Counted from the first letter of the stretch, positions 46,144 to 56,866 are shown. The stretch: 64,000 nucleotides of DNA from Bacteriovorax sp. (GCA_014377485.1 JACMPM010000016.1:1396-65395), one strand, 5' to 3'. Made by a program: numbers and translations. Notes: a model not told the origin generated them from the sequence alone.

Positions 46144-47109
46144 TTAAAAAGATTTTAATATCAAATTCAAATACTCTTGAGCGGCTTTTAGAGGAAGTAT
46201 TTCTCCTTTAACAACTTTGGATTCAATTTCATGTCTGGACTTTATTAAATCTTTATTTTGTAAAATCTTTTGTTCAATCAACTCGTTAATTAGTTTTTTG
46301 AACCATTCTTGGTTTTGCGCTAGCCTTTTCTTTTCAAAATATCCTGATACGGCCGTAGTTTCTTTATACTCTTCAATCATCGAATAAATTGTATCCAGGT
46401 TCTTTTTCAGAAGTGCCGAACACGAAAGCACTCTCGCTTTCCAGTGTGGATTATGTCTCATCAATTCCATTGCGCTTGAATATTGAGCTAGTGTTAAGTT
46501 AGCCTGTGGAAGTATGTCCCCATCGGCTTTATTAATAATCACAGCGTCCGCTAACTCTAAAATCCCTTTTTTTATTCCCTGTAATTCATCTCCCGCATTA
46601 GGCAGCATGAGAACTAAAAAGAAATCTACCATATCGGCAACTTCAAATTCAGACTGACCAACACCTACAGTTTCAATAAGAACGTAATCAAACCCTGCAG
46701 CTTCACAAAGAAGAATTGTCTCTCTCGTTTTTTGAGCAACTCCTCCAAGAAATCCGAGGGATGGTGAAGGTCTGATAAATGCTTTTTCATTTTGAGACAG
46801 ATTTTCCATTCGAGTTTTATCACCCAGAATAGATCCACCTGATATTGGTGAACTAGGGTCTATCGCAAGGACAGCAACTTTATGACCATTATTAATTAAA
46901 TAGAGTCCAAAATTTTCAATAAAAGTAGATTTTCCAACACCAGGAACACCGGTGATTCCCAAACGAATGCTTTTACCGGTATTGGGAAGAATTTTTTCAA
47001 GTAATTTTTGAGCTTCGACGCTATCTTCTGAACGAGAGCTTTCTACTAGGGTAATTGCCTTCGCCAAACTACGTCTATCGCCCTTCAGGAGCTTTTGAAG
47101 CTCAATCAT
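46144..47109 (-). CDS. meaB: methylmalonyl-CoA mutase-associated GTPase MeaB/ArgK
   Basis: P-loop GVPGVGKST and NKAD motif; 4-nt overlap with the mutase gene. Confidence 0.9.
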   Translation of the reverse strand: MIELQKLLKGDRRSLAKAITLVESSRSEDSVEAQKLLEKILPNTGKSIRLGITGVPGVGKSTFIENFGLYLINNGHKVAVLAIDPSSPISGGSILGDKTRMENLSQNEKAFIRPSPSLGFLGGVAQKTRETILLCEAAGFDYVLIETVGVGQSEFEVADMVDFFLVLMLPNAGDELQGIKKGILELADAVIINKADGDILPQANLTLAQYSSAMELMRHNPHWKARVLSCSALLKKNLDTIYSMIEEYKETTAVSGYFEKKRLAQNQEWFKKLINELIEQKILQNKDLIKSRHEIESKVVKGEILPLKAAQEYLNLILKSF

Positions 47110-49256
47110 TTTTTTTCCTCAAAAGCTTTTAGTAGTTCATCAGCACAGTAAGGAATAGTAGTACCTGGTCCAAAAATTCTTGCGACACCTGCTTTAAAAA
47201 GAAATTCGTAATCTTGTTTTGGAATTACTCCACCGGCGATTACTAATATATCTGAAGAGTCCTGAGCTTTTAATTCTTTAATCAGTTCTGGAATAAGAGT
47301 TTTATGTCCTGCGGCCAGAGAAGACGAAGCAACAAAATGAACATCATTTTCTATTGCTTGTTTAGCGACCTCTTTGGGAGTTGAAAAAAGTGGAGAAAGA
47401 TCAACGTCAAAACCAAGATCCGCTAAACCAGTCGCCACAACTTTTGCTCCACGATCATGTCCATCTTGTCCCATTTTTGCGATGAGAATTCTTGGACGTC
47501 TTCCATGATCTTCAACGAATTTTTTTATTTTTTCTTGAATCAATTTCCACTCTCCATCATCAACAAATGACTGGCCATAAACACCAGAGATAGTTTGAGA
47601 TTGAGCATTATAGCGTCCCCAAACGGATTCCAGGGCATATGTTATTTCACCAACTGAAGCGCGTAGACGAGCTGCCTTGACTGCTAAATCGAGTCCATTT
47701 CCTTCACCAGTTTTAGCGTATTCAGTAAGCGCATCAAGAGCGTCCATAACTTTTTGGTCATCACGATTTGAACGCAAATGATCGAGGCGCTTGATCTGAG
47801 ACAGGCGAACTTTTTCATTATCAATTTCTAAAATATCGTGTTGATCTTCTTTTTTAAGTTTGTATTTATTGACGCCAACTATAACGTCTAATCCTTTATC
47901 GATGCGCGCTTGTTTTGCCGCTGCCGATTTTTCGATATTAAGTTTTGGAATTCCTGTTTCAATAGCCTTTGACATCCCACCTTGTTTTTCTACATCGAGA
48001 ATAATAGCCCATGCTTTGTCGGCCATCTCTTGAGTTAGACTCTCCATCATATAAGAGCCACCCCATGGATCAACAACTTTTGTGATTTGAGTTTCTTCTT
48101 GTAAAACAATTTGTGTATTTCTAGCAATGCGGGAAGAGAATTCAGTTGGAAGAGCAATCGCTTCATCAAAAGCATTTGTGTGAAGTGATTGAGTTCCACC
48201 AAAAATAGCGGCCATGGCTTCTATAGTAGTTCTTATAACGTTATTATACGGATCCTGCTCTGTCAGGGACCAACCGGAAGTCTGGCAATGAGTACGAAGA
48301 ATTTTTGAGTTAATATCTTTAGGGTCATACTTTGAAACAATTCTGTCCCAAAGAAGTCTTGCAGCTCTTAGCTTTGCAATCTCCATATAAAAATTCATTC
48401 CAATACCAAAAAAGAATGAAAGTCTTGGAGCAAACGAATCAATCGTCAGTCCAGAAGCCAGTGCAGTTTCAATATATTCTTTACCATCGGCAAGTGTATA
48501 AGCTAATTCCAGGACGGCATCAGCTCCTGCTTCTTGCATATGGTAACCCGAAATAGAAATCGAATTAAACTTAGGCATATACTTTGAAGTATAAGCAAAA
48601 ATATCAGCGACAATTCTCATTGAGGGTTTCGGTGGATAAATATAAGTATTTCTAACCATGAATTCTTTTAAAATATCGTTTTGGATTGTTCCCGATAATT
48701 TATCAGGGGCCACTCCCTGCTCTTCAGCTGCCACAATATAACTTGCAAGCACGGGCAATACAGCTCCATTCATAGTCATCGAAACAGAAACTTTATCCAA
48801 AGGAATTTCATTGAATAAAATTTTCATGTCTTCAACTGAATCGATGGCCACACCCGCTTTTCCAACATCTCCAGTTACTCGTGGATGGTCTGAATCATAA
48901 CCTCTGTGAGTTGCCAGATCAAAAGCAACGGAGACCCCCTGTCCACCGGCCGCTAGTGCTTTTCTATAAAAAGCGTTTGAATCTTCTGCTGTAGAAAAAC
49001 CAGCATACTGACGAATAGTCCAAGGTCTACCTGAATACATCGTTGCTTTAGGACCTCGAATATAGGGTTCGAGCCCGGGCATAGTATTTGCGTATTTTAA
49101 TTTATCGGTATCTTCTTTGGTGTAAAGTGGTTTAACGTCGATACCTTCCAAGCTTTTCCAGCTAAGGTCTTCAATATTTTTACCTTTTGATTCAATTCCC
49201 GCGAGCTTAACCCAATCCGAAAGCGATGAGGTTTTAGGTTCATAACTACTGGCCAT
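47106..49256 (-). CDS. scpA: methylmalonyl-CoA mutase, single-chain with C-terminal B12-binding domain
   Basis: 716 aa with typical MCM blocks ([27 protein letters not shown]) and a DxHxxG-like [11 protein letters not shown]. Confidence 0.92.
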   Translation of the reverse strand: MASSYEPKTSSLSDWVKLAGIESKGKNIEDLSWKSLEGIDVKPLYTKEDTDKLKYANTMPGLEPYIRGPKATMYSGRPWTIRQYAGFSTAEDSNAFYRKALAAGGQGVSVAFDLATHRGYDSDHPRVTGDVGKAGVAIDSVEDMKILFNEIPLDKVSVSMTMNGAVLPVLASYIVAAEEQGVAPDKLSGTIQNDILKEFMVRNTYIYPPKPSMRIVADIFAYTSKYMPKFNSISISGYHMQEAGADAVLELAYTLADGKEYIETALASGLTIDSFAPRLSFFFGIGMNFYMEIAKLRAARLLWDRIVSKYDPKDINSKILRTHCQTSGWSLTEQDPYNNVIRTTIEAMAAIFGGTQSLHTNAFDEAIALPTEFSSRIARNTQIVLQEETQITKVVDPWGGSYMMESLTQEMADKAWAIILDVEKQGGMSKAIETGIPKLNIEKSAAAKQARIDKGLDVIVGVNKYKLKKEDQHDILEIDNEKVRLSQIKRLDHLRSNRDDQKVMDALDALTEYAKTGEGNGLDLAVKAARLRASVGEITYALESVWGRYNAQSQTISGVYGQSFVDDGEWKLIQEKIKKFVEDHGRRPRILIAKMGQDGHDRGAKVVATGLADLGFDVDLSPLFSTPKEVAKQAIENDVHFVASSSLAAGHKTLIPELIKELKAQDSSDILVIAGGVIPKQDYEFLFKAGVARIFGPGTTIPYCADELLKAFEEKK

Positions 49257-49370
49257 GAGGTCTATCCTTTTATCATTTTCTCGCCTTTAGCAGGAGGAAA
49301 TATTTACCTAGATTGTAGAGCCAAAGGTCAGTGTTGTAAAATTTAATATGACCCTTAAAAGGGCGTAATA

Positions 49371-49916
49371 TTGGAGATAATGCCAATGACTCAAGCTTCA
49401 AGTCTCATCTTCGAAAACAGTTTACAAGTTTTTTTCTTTGACTTGCTTATTGATGCCAATAAAAAATCAATGAAGCCTCTTCCCAATGAAATTATCTTTT
49501 ATTCGTCTCTCGTAATGGATAAATTTGGTTCTTCTCATAGTTACTTTGAAGAAGTTGATGGGAAAATTCGTGAAAAAATATTAGGAATAAAGCTACTTGA
49601 AAGTTACCAACTCCCAAAAGACAAACAAAAGAATGCTGTGAAAGATGTTGGCGAAACGGCTCTTCTTGTCTGTGGTTATTTTTCTGATTCTCTAAATAAG
49701 AAGATTATCGATACAAAATACTATAATGAGATAGGTATTCTTGCATACAGCCGTTTAAATTCTTTCATACCTAAAGCCTACGATATTCCAAATTTTTTCG
49801 ATAAAATGTCAAAGCACTTTCATCAGGTCACGGCATTGATCAGTCTTATTTCAGAAAAACAAATAAATGATGCCACGGATTTTTTTCTAATTATTTCAGA
49901 TAAAAAAGCTGTCTAG
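49371..49916 (+). CDS. hypothetical protein (181 aa)
   Basis: ORF only; no motif recognised. Confidence 0.4.
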   Translation: MEIMPMTQASSLIFENSLQVFFFDLLIDANKKSMKPLPNEIIFYSSLVMDKFGSSHSYFEEVDGKIREKILGIKLLESYQLPKDKQKNAVKDVGETALLVCGYFSDSLNKKIIDTKYYNEIGILAYSRLNSFIPKAYDIPNFFDKMSKHFHQVTALISLISEKQINDATDFFLIISDKKAV

Positions 49917-49949
49917 CCACTCCCGAATTTATTTGAGATAACTGAATGA

Positions 49950-50954
49950 ATGATTTTATTAAACATTCAAGGCTACAGATTAAAACTCTCATCAAACAAC
50001 GATAATATTTTATCTCGTATTAAAATGGATTTCGAGTATTTCGTCGATGATACTTTAGAATGCACTGAACATATCCAATTAACAATTCAAGCCGATGTTG
50101 TTCAATCTCTCTCTTCGACAATAATTCCAAAAAATATGAAACCTTTGTTTCAAAGGCAAAATTCTATAACATATGAGCAAAACGATATTCGCTATAACGA
50201 TTATTACGGCACAGTCGTTTCCGTTTTCAATGCAAACAAGGGTGATGCCCTGATTGAAGGGGTCGACTTAGAAAAGCTCTATGAAGTGACATATCTCTTA
50301 ATTTTATCTCGATCAGCAAAATTTTTAGACTTGGCGGGTTTGCATAAAATTCACGCATTCTCAATTGTACAAAATGGAAAAGGAATTGTTTGTATGCAGC
50401 CAATGAGAGGTGGTAAATCCACTCTCTTTACTAAATTATTATTAAATTTCGATGTCGAAATTGGCTCTGATGACACTCCTTTAATAAATCATAAAGGTGT
50501 CTTACTTCCCTTCCCTCTCAGAGTTAGCGTAGACAAAATTCCTGATAATTTAACTCTTACTGACCAAGATTATTACCTAATGAAGAGAGAGTTCTATAAA
50601 GCAAAATATAGTTTATCATTAAGAAAATTTGAGAAAAAAATATCAACTGAATGTAATAAATTTGTTTTCGTCGAAGCGCATCGTTCTACATTTGAGAATC
50701 CTCAAATCGTAAAAATGTCTCAATTAAGATTATTCCGAAGGCTTTTTCACCACATGGTTATAGGTTTTGGATTACCTATTATTTTTGAATATTTTTGGGA
50801 ATCAGGTACCAAAGATTTTTTTATTAAAACCAATATTTTCATGAAGCGTTTTATCTTAGCTTTAAAATTAGCCTTCACCAAAGATGGTTATGATTTTTAT
50901 CTATGCAGTGATTCCCAAAAAAATGCAGAAGCGATTTTGAAATTAATTAACTAA
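49950..50954 (+). CDS. hypothetical P-loop protein, HPr-kinase-like fold suspected
   Basis: LHKIHAFSIVQNGKGIVCMQPMRGGKSTLFTKLLL..IGSDDTPLI resembles the HprK C-terminal core (lH...v..G.G....G.sG.GKS ... DD). Confidence 0.35.
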   Translation: MILLNIQGYRLKLSSNNDNILSRIKMDFEYFVDDTLECTEHIQLTIQADVVQSLSSTIIPKNMKPLFQRQNSITYEQNDIRYNDYYGTVVSVFNANKGDALIEGVDLEKLYEVTYLLILSRSAKFLDLAGLHKIHAFSIVQNGKGIVCMQPMRGGKSTLFTKLLLNFDVEIGSDDTPLINHKGVLLPFPLRVSVDKIPDNLTLTDQDYYLMKREFYKAKYSLSLRKFEKKISTECNKFVFVEAHRSTFENPQIVKMSQLRLFRRLFHHMVIGFGLPIIFEYFWESGTKDFFIKTNIFMKRFILALKLAFTKDGYDFYLCSDSQKNAEAILKLIN

Positions 50955-51468
50955 TTACTTCAGCCTCAACTTCCATCATAAGAATTCCGTTATCAAGAGT
51001 ATCGCCAGCTTTAACATGAATAGCTCTCACGATACCGGCAGTTCCACACTTAATTTCATTTTCCATTTTCATGGCCTCTAGAATAATAAGCGTTTGCCCC
51101 TTGTGTACTCTATCCCCAATGACGGCCATGATCTTAACGATCTTACCCGGCATTTGAGTAAAGAGTCCGCCTTCATCTCCACCACCAGCGCTTGATGGCT
51201 TGTAACCTTGATAAAATTTATAAACTTTATCAACGTTTAACATAATTGAGGGAGAATCCTGACGAGCCAGCTTATTCCATCTTACACCATCGGTAGAAGC
51301 AAAATATTGGTCCGCGAGCTTTCTAATATATACTTTTTCTTTATGAACTTCGTGATTGTCTTTGATTGTTCTAAAATCGAACTCCACCATTTCTGCTGAG
51401 TGAGTGCGAGTTTTTATTAGATCAACTATGTATTCATTTTTATCGCTATCAATTAAATAATTTCTCAT
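50947..51468 (-). CDS. biotin carboxyl carrier (biotinyl domain) protein, PccA C-terminal-like
   Basis: Biotinylation motif LEAMKMENEI near the C-terminus; 1-nt overlap with the biotin carboxylase gene. Confidence 0.85.
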   Translation of the reverse strand: MRNYLIDSDKNEYIVDLIKTRTHSAEMVEFDFRTIKDNHEVHKEKVYIRKLADQYFASTDGVRWNKLARQDSPSIMLNVDKVYKFYQGYKPSSAGGGDEGGLFTQMPGKIVKIMAVIGDRVHKGQTLIILEAMKMENEIKCGTAGIVRAIHVKAGDTLDNGILMMEVEAEVIS

Positions 51469-52913
51469 TACAACCCCATTCTTCTAGCTTCAATTCCTGC
51501 AATTTTTTTATAAAGAGCAGTATAGTCCATTGAAGTATCAACTTGATCTTGTGGTTTCTCAGTCGTGATAAAGTTTGTAGAATATTTTCCATTAATAAAA
51601 ACTTCATTCTTCATAATAATTTTATGAAGAGGAATATTTGTTTTTAAACCTTCAACCAATAACCCATCAAGCGCTGCTCTCATTTTACGAATTGCAACTT
51701 CACGAAGAATTCCTTTAGCCACTAATTTCCCAACCATTGGATCGAAATCTGGTGTAACAACTAATCCTTTATAAAGGCAGTTATCAAAACGAATCCCTTG
51801 AGGGAAGTTTGTTTCACAACCTGTAACGACTCCAGGAGCTGGCATCATAGTAATTGGATCTTCAGCACAAATACGACATTCAATCGCATGACCTGTTCTC
51901 TTAATCCATTCTTGCGAAGGGATTCCAAGATCTTCTCCAAATGCCGATTGGATCATACAAACTATCAAATCAATTCCCGTAATTTCTTCAGTAATCGGAT
52001 GCTCTACCTGAATACGAGTGTTCATTTCAAGGAAATAAAATTCCTTGTTCTCACCCATAATTAATTCAACAGTTCCAGCAGAGTCATATTTAATGGCCTT
52101 TGCAAGATTAACTGCCGAATTACAAACTCTAAGGCGTAGTTCTTCATCATCACCAATAAATGGAGATGGTGCTTCTTCAACAATCTTCTGATGGCGTCTT
52201 TGAATCGAGCATTCTCTTTCGAAAAAGTGAAAAACATTTCCTTTTTTGTCAGCGAGAATCTGAACTTCAATATGATGAGGATTTACGATGTATTTCTCAA
52301 CTAATAAATCACCATTCTTAAAAGCCGATGCTGCTTCTCTTTGAACTGGTTCAAAGTTATTGCGAATATCTTGCTCATCATGACAAACGCGCATTCCGCG
52401 TCCACCACCACCAGCAACTGCTTTAAGTAAAATAGGATACTTTATTTGGTTTGCAATTTTAATTGCTTCTTCAATTGTTGGAACTGCTCCAGTTGATCCT
52501 GGAACTACTGGCATACCAACTTTTTTTGCAAATTCTTTCGAAACCGCTTTATCACCCATAACTCTTACAGCTTCTGGATGTGGTCCAATCCAAGTGATTC
52601 CATTATCAACTAAAGCTTGTGAAAACTCCGTATTTTCTGAAAGGAATCCGTAACCTGGGTGAACACCATCAATTTGATATTTTTTACAAACTTCAATAAT
52701 GTTTGGAATATTTAAGTAAGTTTCCTGATTATTTGATCCTGGAAGTCTTACCCATTCGTCGCAAACTTCAAGATGTTTTGCCTGAACTTCATTATCTGTC
52801 CAAACTCCAACAGCAGTATGGCCTAACTCTCTGCACGCCTTGGCGATACGAGCAGCAATTTCTCCGCGATTAATAATAAGTATTCTTTTATGAGAAGTAT
52901 TATTTGTAATCAT
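51468..52913 (-). CDS. accC: biotin carboxylase (acetyl/propionyl-CoA carboxylase alpha, BC domain)
   Basis: ATP-grasp blocks KAVAGGGGRGMRV and EMNTRIQVEHPITE. Confidence 0.92.
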   Translation of the reverse strand: MITNNTSHKRILIINRGEIAARIAKACRELGHTAVGVWTDNEVQAKHLEVCDEWVRLPGSNNQETYLNIPNIIEVCKKYQIDGVHPGYGFLSENTEFSQALVDNGITWIGPHPEAVRVMGDKAVSKEFAKKVGMPVVPGSTGAVPTIEEAIKIANQIKYPILLKAVAGGGGRGMRVCHDEQDIRNNFEPVQREAASAFKNGDLLVEKYIVNPHHIEVQILADKKGNVFHFFERECSIQRRHQKIVEEAPSPFIGDDEELRLRVCNSAVNLAKAIKYDSAGTVELIMGENKEFYFLEMNTRIQVEHPITEEITGIDLIVCMIQSAFGEDLGIPSQEWIKRTGHAIECRICAEDPITMMPAPGVVTGCETNFPQGIRFDNCLYKGLVVTPDFDPMVGKLVAKGILREVAIRKMRAALDGLLVEGLKTNIPLHKIIMKNEVFINGKYSTNFITTEKPQDQVDTSMDYTALYKKIAGIEARRMGL

Positions 52914-54472
52914 AGTTGGATATTCCCATGTTTACGTTTTGGCTTTTCTTGCTTTTTATTTTTAAGGGCCATTAAGTATTCATAAACTCTTTTACGAGTT
53001 TCTTCTGGAAGAATAATAGCATCCATAAATCCAAGTTCTGCTGCTCTATATGGATTAGCAAAATTATCTTCATACTCCGCCATTAAGGCAGCTTTTTTAT
53101 CGTCAAACGCTTTACCAGTTAATCCTTCAAGATCTCCTCTGTGAATAATATTAACTGCACCCTCAGCCCCCATAACCGCAATTTCTGCAGTTGGATAAGC
53201 CAAGTTAACATCAGTCTTAATATGCTTTGATGCCATAACAAGATAAGCCCCACCATACGACTTTCTAGTGATAATCGAAATAAGTGGAACAGTTGCTTCA
53301 GAATAAGCATAAAGAAGTTTCGATCCGTGCTTAATGATTCCACCGAACTCTTGTTCTGTTCCGGGTAAAAATCCTGGAACGTCTACGAGAGTTAAAATTG
53401 GAATATCAAATGCATCACAGAATCGAACAAAACGTGCTGCCTTTTCTGAAGAAGCAATATCAAGAACACCAGCTAAAATAGCCGGTTGATTGGCTACGAT
53501 ACCAATTTTAATTCCGCCAACAGAAGCAAATCCAACGATAATATTTTTAGCATAGTCTTTATGAACTTCTAAAAATTGAGCATCATCAACAACATCAAAA
53601 ATAATTTCTTTCATGTCGTATGGTTTTTTCGGATTGGCCGGAACAGTTTCTTTAATTTTTACGTTATCGCGGTAAACGATATCAGAAGTATATTTTGCAG
53701 TAGCTTTTGTGAAGTTAGCTGGAGGAATATAGCTTAAAAGCTCTCTTACACGCTCAAAACATTCATCTTCATTGATACATTTAAATTGGGCAACACCCGA
53801 TTTCTCAGCGTGGGCCTGGGCACCACCAAGTTGCTCTTTAGTAACTTCTTCGTGAGTCACAGTCTTAATAACTTCTGGACCAGTAACAAACATGTACGAA
53901 GTTTTATCAACCATGAAAATAAAATCTGTCAGCGCCGGAGAATAAACCGCACCACCAGCACAAGGTCCCATGATCAAAGAAATTTGAGGTATAACACCTG
54001 AACATTTTACGTTGCGATAAAAAATCTCGCCGTATCCTGCAAGCCCTTCAACACCTTCTTGAATTCTCGCTCCACCTGAATCGTTCATTCCAATCATAGG
54101 AATTCTGTTTTCAAGAGCGAAGTCCATAATCTTACATATTTTTTTTGCGTGAGCAGCTCCAAGAGCTCCCCCCCAGCAGGTAAAATCTTGTGAATATAAT
54201 GCAACTTTTTGATTGTTGATAGTTGCAATTCCAGTGACAACACCATCGCCAAGAAATTTATTTTGATCCATTCCTACGTTGTTACTTTTATGAACAACAA
54301 AACGATCAAATTCTAAAAATGATCCTGGATCAACTAGGCGTTCAATTCTTTCACGAGCTGTATACTTACCTTGTTCATGTTGCTTATTAATTCGAGCTTC
54401 ACCACCACCTACTTCCGATGCTTTTCGTAGTTTAAGTAATAGCTGGCGCTTGCCTTCTAGTGTTTGAGACAT
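52910..54472 (-). CDS. pccB: propionyl-CoA carboxylase beta subunit / methylmalonyl-CoA carboxyltransferase
   Basis: Carboxyltransferase blocks (ARERIERLVDPGSFLEFD, GGARIQEG). The start is set at ATG 54472, 7 nt after AGGAGG. The track start at 54499 lies inside an upstream hairpin loop. Confidence 0.9.
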   Translation of the reverse strand: MSQTLEGKRQLLLKLRKASEVGGGEARINKQHEQGKYTARERIERLVDPGSFLEFDRFVVHKSNNVGMDQNKFLGDGVVTGIATINNQKVALYSQDFTCWGGALGAAHAKKICKIMDFALENRIPMIGMNDSGGARIQEGVEGLAGYGEIFYRNVKCSGVIPQISLIMGPCAGGAVYSPALTDFIFMVDKTSYMFVTGPEVIKTVTHEEVTKEQLGGAQAHAEKSGVAQFKCINEDECFERVRELLSYIPPANFTKATAKYTSDIVYRDNVKIKETVPANPKKPYDMKEIIFDVVDDAQFLEVHKDYAKNIIVGFASVGGIKIGIVANQPAILAGVLDIASSEKAARFVRFCDAFDIPILTLVDVPGFLPGTEQEFGGIIKHGSKLLYAYSEATVPLISIITRKSYGGAYLVMASKHIKTDVNLAYPTAEIAVMGAEGAVNIIHRGDLEGLTGKAFDDKKAALMAEYEDNFANPYRAAELGFMDAIILPEETRKRVYEYLMALKNKKQEKPKRKHGNIQL

Positions 54473-54523
54473 AAAAAAACCTCCTAAAGAAGACGGCATT
54501 TTATACTGTCATTCTTTAGGAGG
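54473..54523 (-). promoter_or_regulatory. 12-bp inverted repeat plus T7 tract that includes the pccB Shine-Dalgarno sequence
   Basis: Minus strand reads CCTCCTAAAGAA-N20-TTCTTTAGGAGG-TTTTTTT-ATG. Confidence 0.5.
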
Positions 54524-54555
54524 CTACTTATAGTGCGTCAATTTTTTTCTTTTTT

Positions 54556-56151
54556 TTACGCTGCCTTAACTCGCTTATCTAGGCCATATTTTTCAACTTT
54601 CATAATTAAACTTGCTCGCGAGATATCAAGCTCCTTGGCCAGTTTTGATTTATTAAAATTACAACGCTTCAAGCCTTCTCTGATCATCATCACTTCCAGT
54701 TGCTCCAAAGCGTCTCTCAGCGTACCTTCAGTATTTACACCTTTAAACGCAGGTTCAGCCGAAGCTCCCCAGTCTAAAATTCTTGGGCTTAGATTTTCAG
54801 GACCAATCATTTTTTCGTCGGCCGATAAAACGACAAGACGTTCAACTTCATTTTCTAGTTCTCGAACGTTCCCTGGCCACGGATAATCCAACATTTTTTC
54901 CATACACTTTTTAGCGTAAGTCTTTAGTGCCTTCCCCGATTCATCACATCTTTTCTTCAAAAAATAATCCATTAATAATGGAATATCCTCATTGCGTTCG
55001 CGGATTGGAGGAAGATTGACGTTGATTACGTTAATTCTGTAATACAAGTCCTCTCTGAACTCACCCTTCGCCATCATTTCTTTTAAATTTTTATTTGTTG
55101 CTGCAACAATGCGCACATCAACTTTTTTCGGCGCCGTAGCCCCAACTGGAAGATAAGTTCCTTCCTGAAGAACGCGTAGTAGCTTTACCTGCATTGACAG
55201 CGATGTGTCCCCGATCTCATCTAAGAACAATGTCCCACCGTTTGCAGTTTCGAATAGACCTTTTTTATCTTTCACAGCTCCAGTAAACGATCCTTTCATA
55301 TGCCCAAATAACTCTGAGTCTAAAAGGTTATCGTTAAAGGCAGAACAGTTAACTGCTAAAAACATTTTTTCTTTTCTAGGTGAATAAAAATGAATAGCTT
55401 TTGCTACAAGTTCCTTACCAGTCCCATTCTCTCCTTGAATCATCACTGACGACTCAGAGTTCGAAATTTTTTCTAATAACGAATAGATCGCTTGCATCTT
55501 TTTCGATTTACCAATCATTGAATGGTAACGATATTTCTCACCGACTTGAGAACTTAGCTCATGAATTTGATGTTCACGTTTGGTAATTTCTTCGTGGAAA
55601 GTTACCATCTCTTCAGCAAGAAGACCTGTTAACTCTTTTACGTATTCCATTTCACGCGGCCACATTTTTTTAATTTTCTCACATGCCGCCGATGCATCTG
55701 ATTCACTTGAACCACACTCCATCATTTGCATTTTTAATTCATTCATCTCAGCTGATGTTGCTGTATCAAGAACAAACGGATAGACAAAAACAGCTCCTAC
55801 AAACTCCCCCTCAAATTTAATCGGGAAAGCCACACCTTTTACATTTTTATAATGTGATTGATAAATGGCCACTTCTTCTTTGCCTGAAGAAAGCTGATCC
55901 ACCATCTTTTCGATATCTTCTGATAAAAATTCATGGCCTACAGCTGTCTGCATTTGCACTTTCATAAAATGGCTTTTAAATGCATAGTCTTTATTTGCAT
56001 GATCAGACCAAAGCTTGCCGTGAGCATCTGCATAAAACATTTCCACATCAAACCACTTACCTAGAATACCTTCTAGCTTAGAGATAACGTGTAGTTTCCC
56101 CATATCTTGCCATTTAATCATACAAGTCTCCATCTTTCGTGCATTAGGCAC
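54556..56151 (-). CDS. sigma-54-dependent transcriptional activator (Fis-type HTH) with an N-terminal sensory domain
   Basis: AAA+ motifs GENGTGKELVAKAIH and GSFTGA (GAFTGA variant), plus a C-terminal HTH. Confidence 0.88.
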   Translation of the reverse strand: MPNARKMETCMIKWQDMGKLHVISKLEGILGKWFDVEMFYADAHGKLWSDHANKDYAFKSHFMKVQMQTAVGHEFLSEDIEKMVDQLSSGKEEVAIYQSHYKNVKGVAFPIKFEGEFVGAVFVYPFVLDTATSAEMNELKMQMMECGSSESDASAACEKIKKMWPREMEYVKELTGLLAEEMVTFHEEITKREHQIHELSSQVGEKYRYHSMIGKSKKMQAIYSLLEKISNSESSVMIQGENGTGKELVAKAIHFYSPRKEKMFLAVNCSAFNDNLLDSELFGHMKGSFTGAVKDKKGLFETANGGTLFLDEIGDTSLSMQVKLLRVLQEGTYLPVGATAPKKVDVRIVAATNKNLKEMMAKGEFREDLYYRINVINVNLPPIRERNEDIPLLMDYFLKKRCDESGKALKTYAKKCMEKMLDYPWPGNVRELENEVERLVVLSADEKMIGPENLSPRILDWGASAEPAFKGVNTEGTLRDALEQLEVMMIREGLKRCNFNKSKLAKELDISRASLIMKVEKYGLDKRVKAA

Positions 56152-56227
56152 TCATGTTGTTTAACTTTTCGGCAATTTGGTGGAATTCTTTAAAAGATTG
56201 ATGAAATATTTTACAGATAGGTCGAAA

Positions 56228-56824
56228 TCAGTGTGTTTCTATTTTACGTTCCACAGAATTCTGCATATTAAGCCAGAAATCCAAGCGTGTTTTATAAGAA
56301 TCTTGCAGCCATTCCTGCGGCCCAATGAACTTATTGATATGTTTTCCTTTAGTATCAAACAAAAAACTCTCAGGAACCTTTAGTGTACCAAAAAGGTCCA
56401 TTGCAGTATTATCTTTATCAAGCACAATCGTCACATTACTCGGAATAACAAATCTACTCATAAATTTCTGAATTTTTTTGTTTTCATCGTTAACGGCGAC
56501 TAAAAGAAATTTTACACCTTTTTCTTTCACTGACTCAGCATACTTTAAAAACTCAGGCATCTCTTTTTCGCATGGAGCACACCAAGTACCCCATATATGA
56601 ACGAAAACACCGCTACTGCCCTTTAAGAACTCTTTTGAGTTAACTGGCTTACCAGTACTAACTTCAACACTATCAAAATTTGGCAGTTGCTTTAAAACAA
56701 GCTCGTTAGATGAATTCTCACCGAATGAATAATATTTCTTCCGCTCATATTGAGCATATAAATAGGTCAACAACAGCATTGAAAATATAAGAAGAAGTTT
56801 TGAAAAAAAAGAATTAATTCGCAT
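56228..56824 (-). CDS. TlpA-like thiol-disulfide oxidoreductase (thioredoxin fold), membrane-anchored
   Basis: Motif WGTWCAPCEKE. The start is set at the MRINSFF Met (56824), because the 12 extra codons in the track ORF translate the rplQ terminator hairpin. Confidence 0.8.
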   Translation of the reverse strand: MRINSFFSKLLLIFSMLLLTYLYAQYERKKYYSFGENSSNELVLKQLPNFDSVEVSTGKPVNSKEFLKGSSGVFVHIWGTWCAPCEKEMPEFLKYAESVKEKGVKFLLVAVNDENKKIQKFMSRFVIPSNVTIVLDKDNTAMDLFGTLKVPESFLFDTKGKHINKFIGPQEWLQDSYKTRLDFWLNMQNSVERKIETH

Positions 56825-56831
56825 AAAAAGG

Positions 56832-56856
56832 AAAAAAAAAGCCTCCCTAGGGAGGC
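56832..56856 (-). terminator. rho-independent terminator after rplQ
   Basis: Minus strand reads GCCTCCCTAGGGAGGC followed by T9, 10 nt after the rplQ stop. Confidence 0.85.
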
Positions 56857-56866
56857 TCATTAAATT

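Noticed and set aside
54533-54886. 117-aa plus-strand ORF
   Set aside because: It is antisense to the C-terminus of the sigma-54 activator and is Ser/Phe-rich and low in complexity. It is a shadow ORF.
56825-56860. N-terminal 12 codons (MSLPREAFFFLF) of the track ORF for the TlpA-like protein
   Set aside because: These codons are the translation of the rplQ terminator hairpin and its T-tract. The Met at 56824 gives a normal signal-anchor start.
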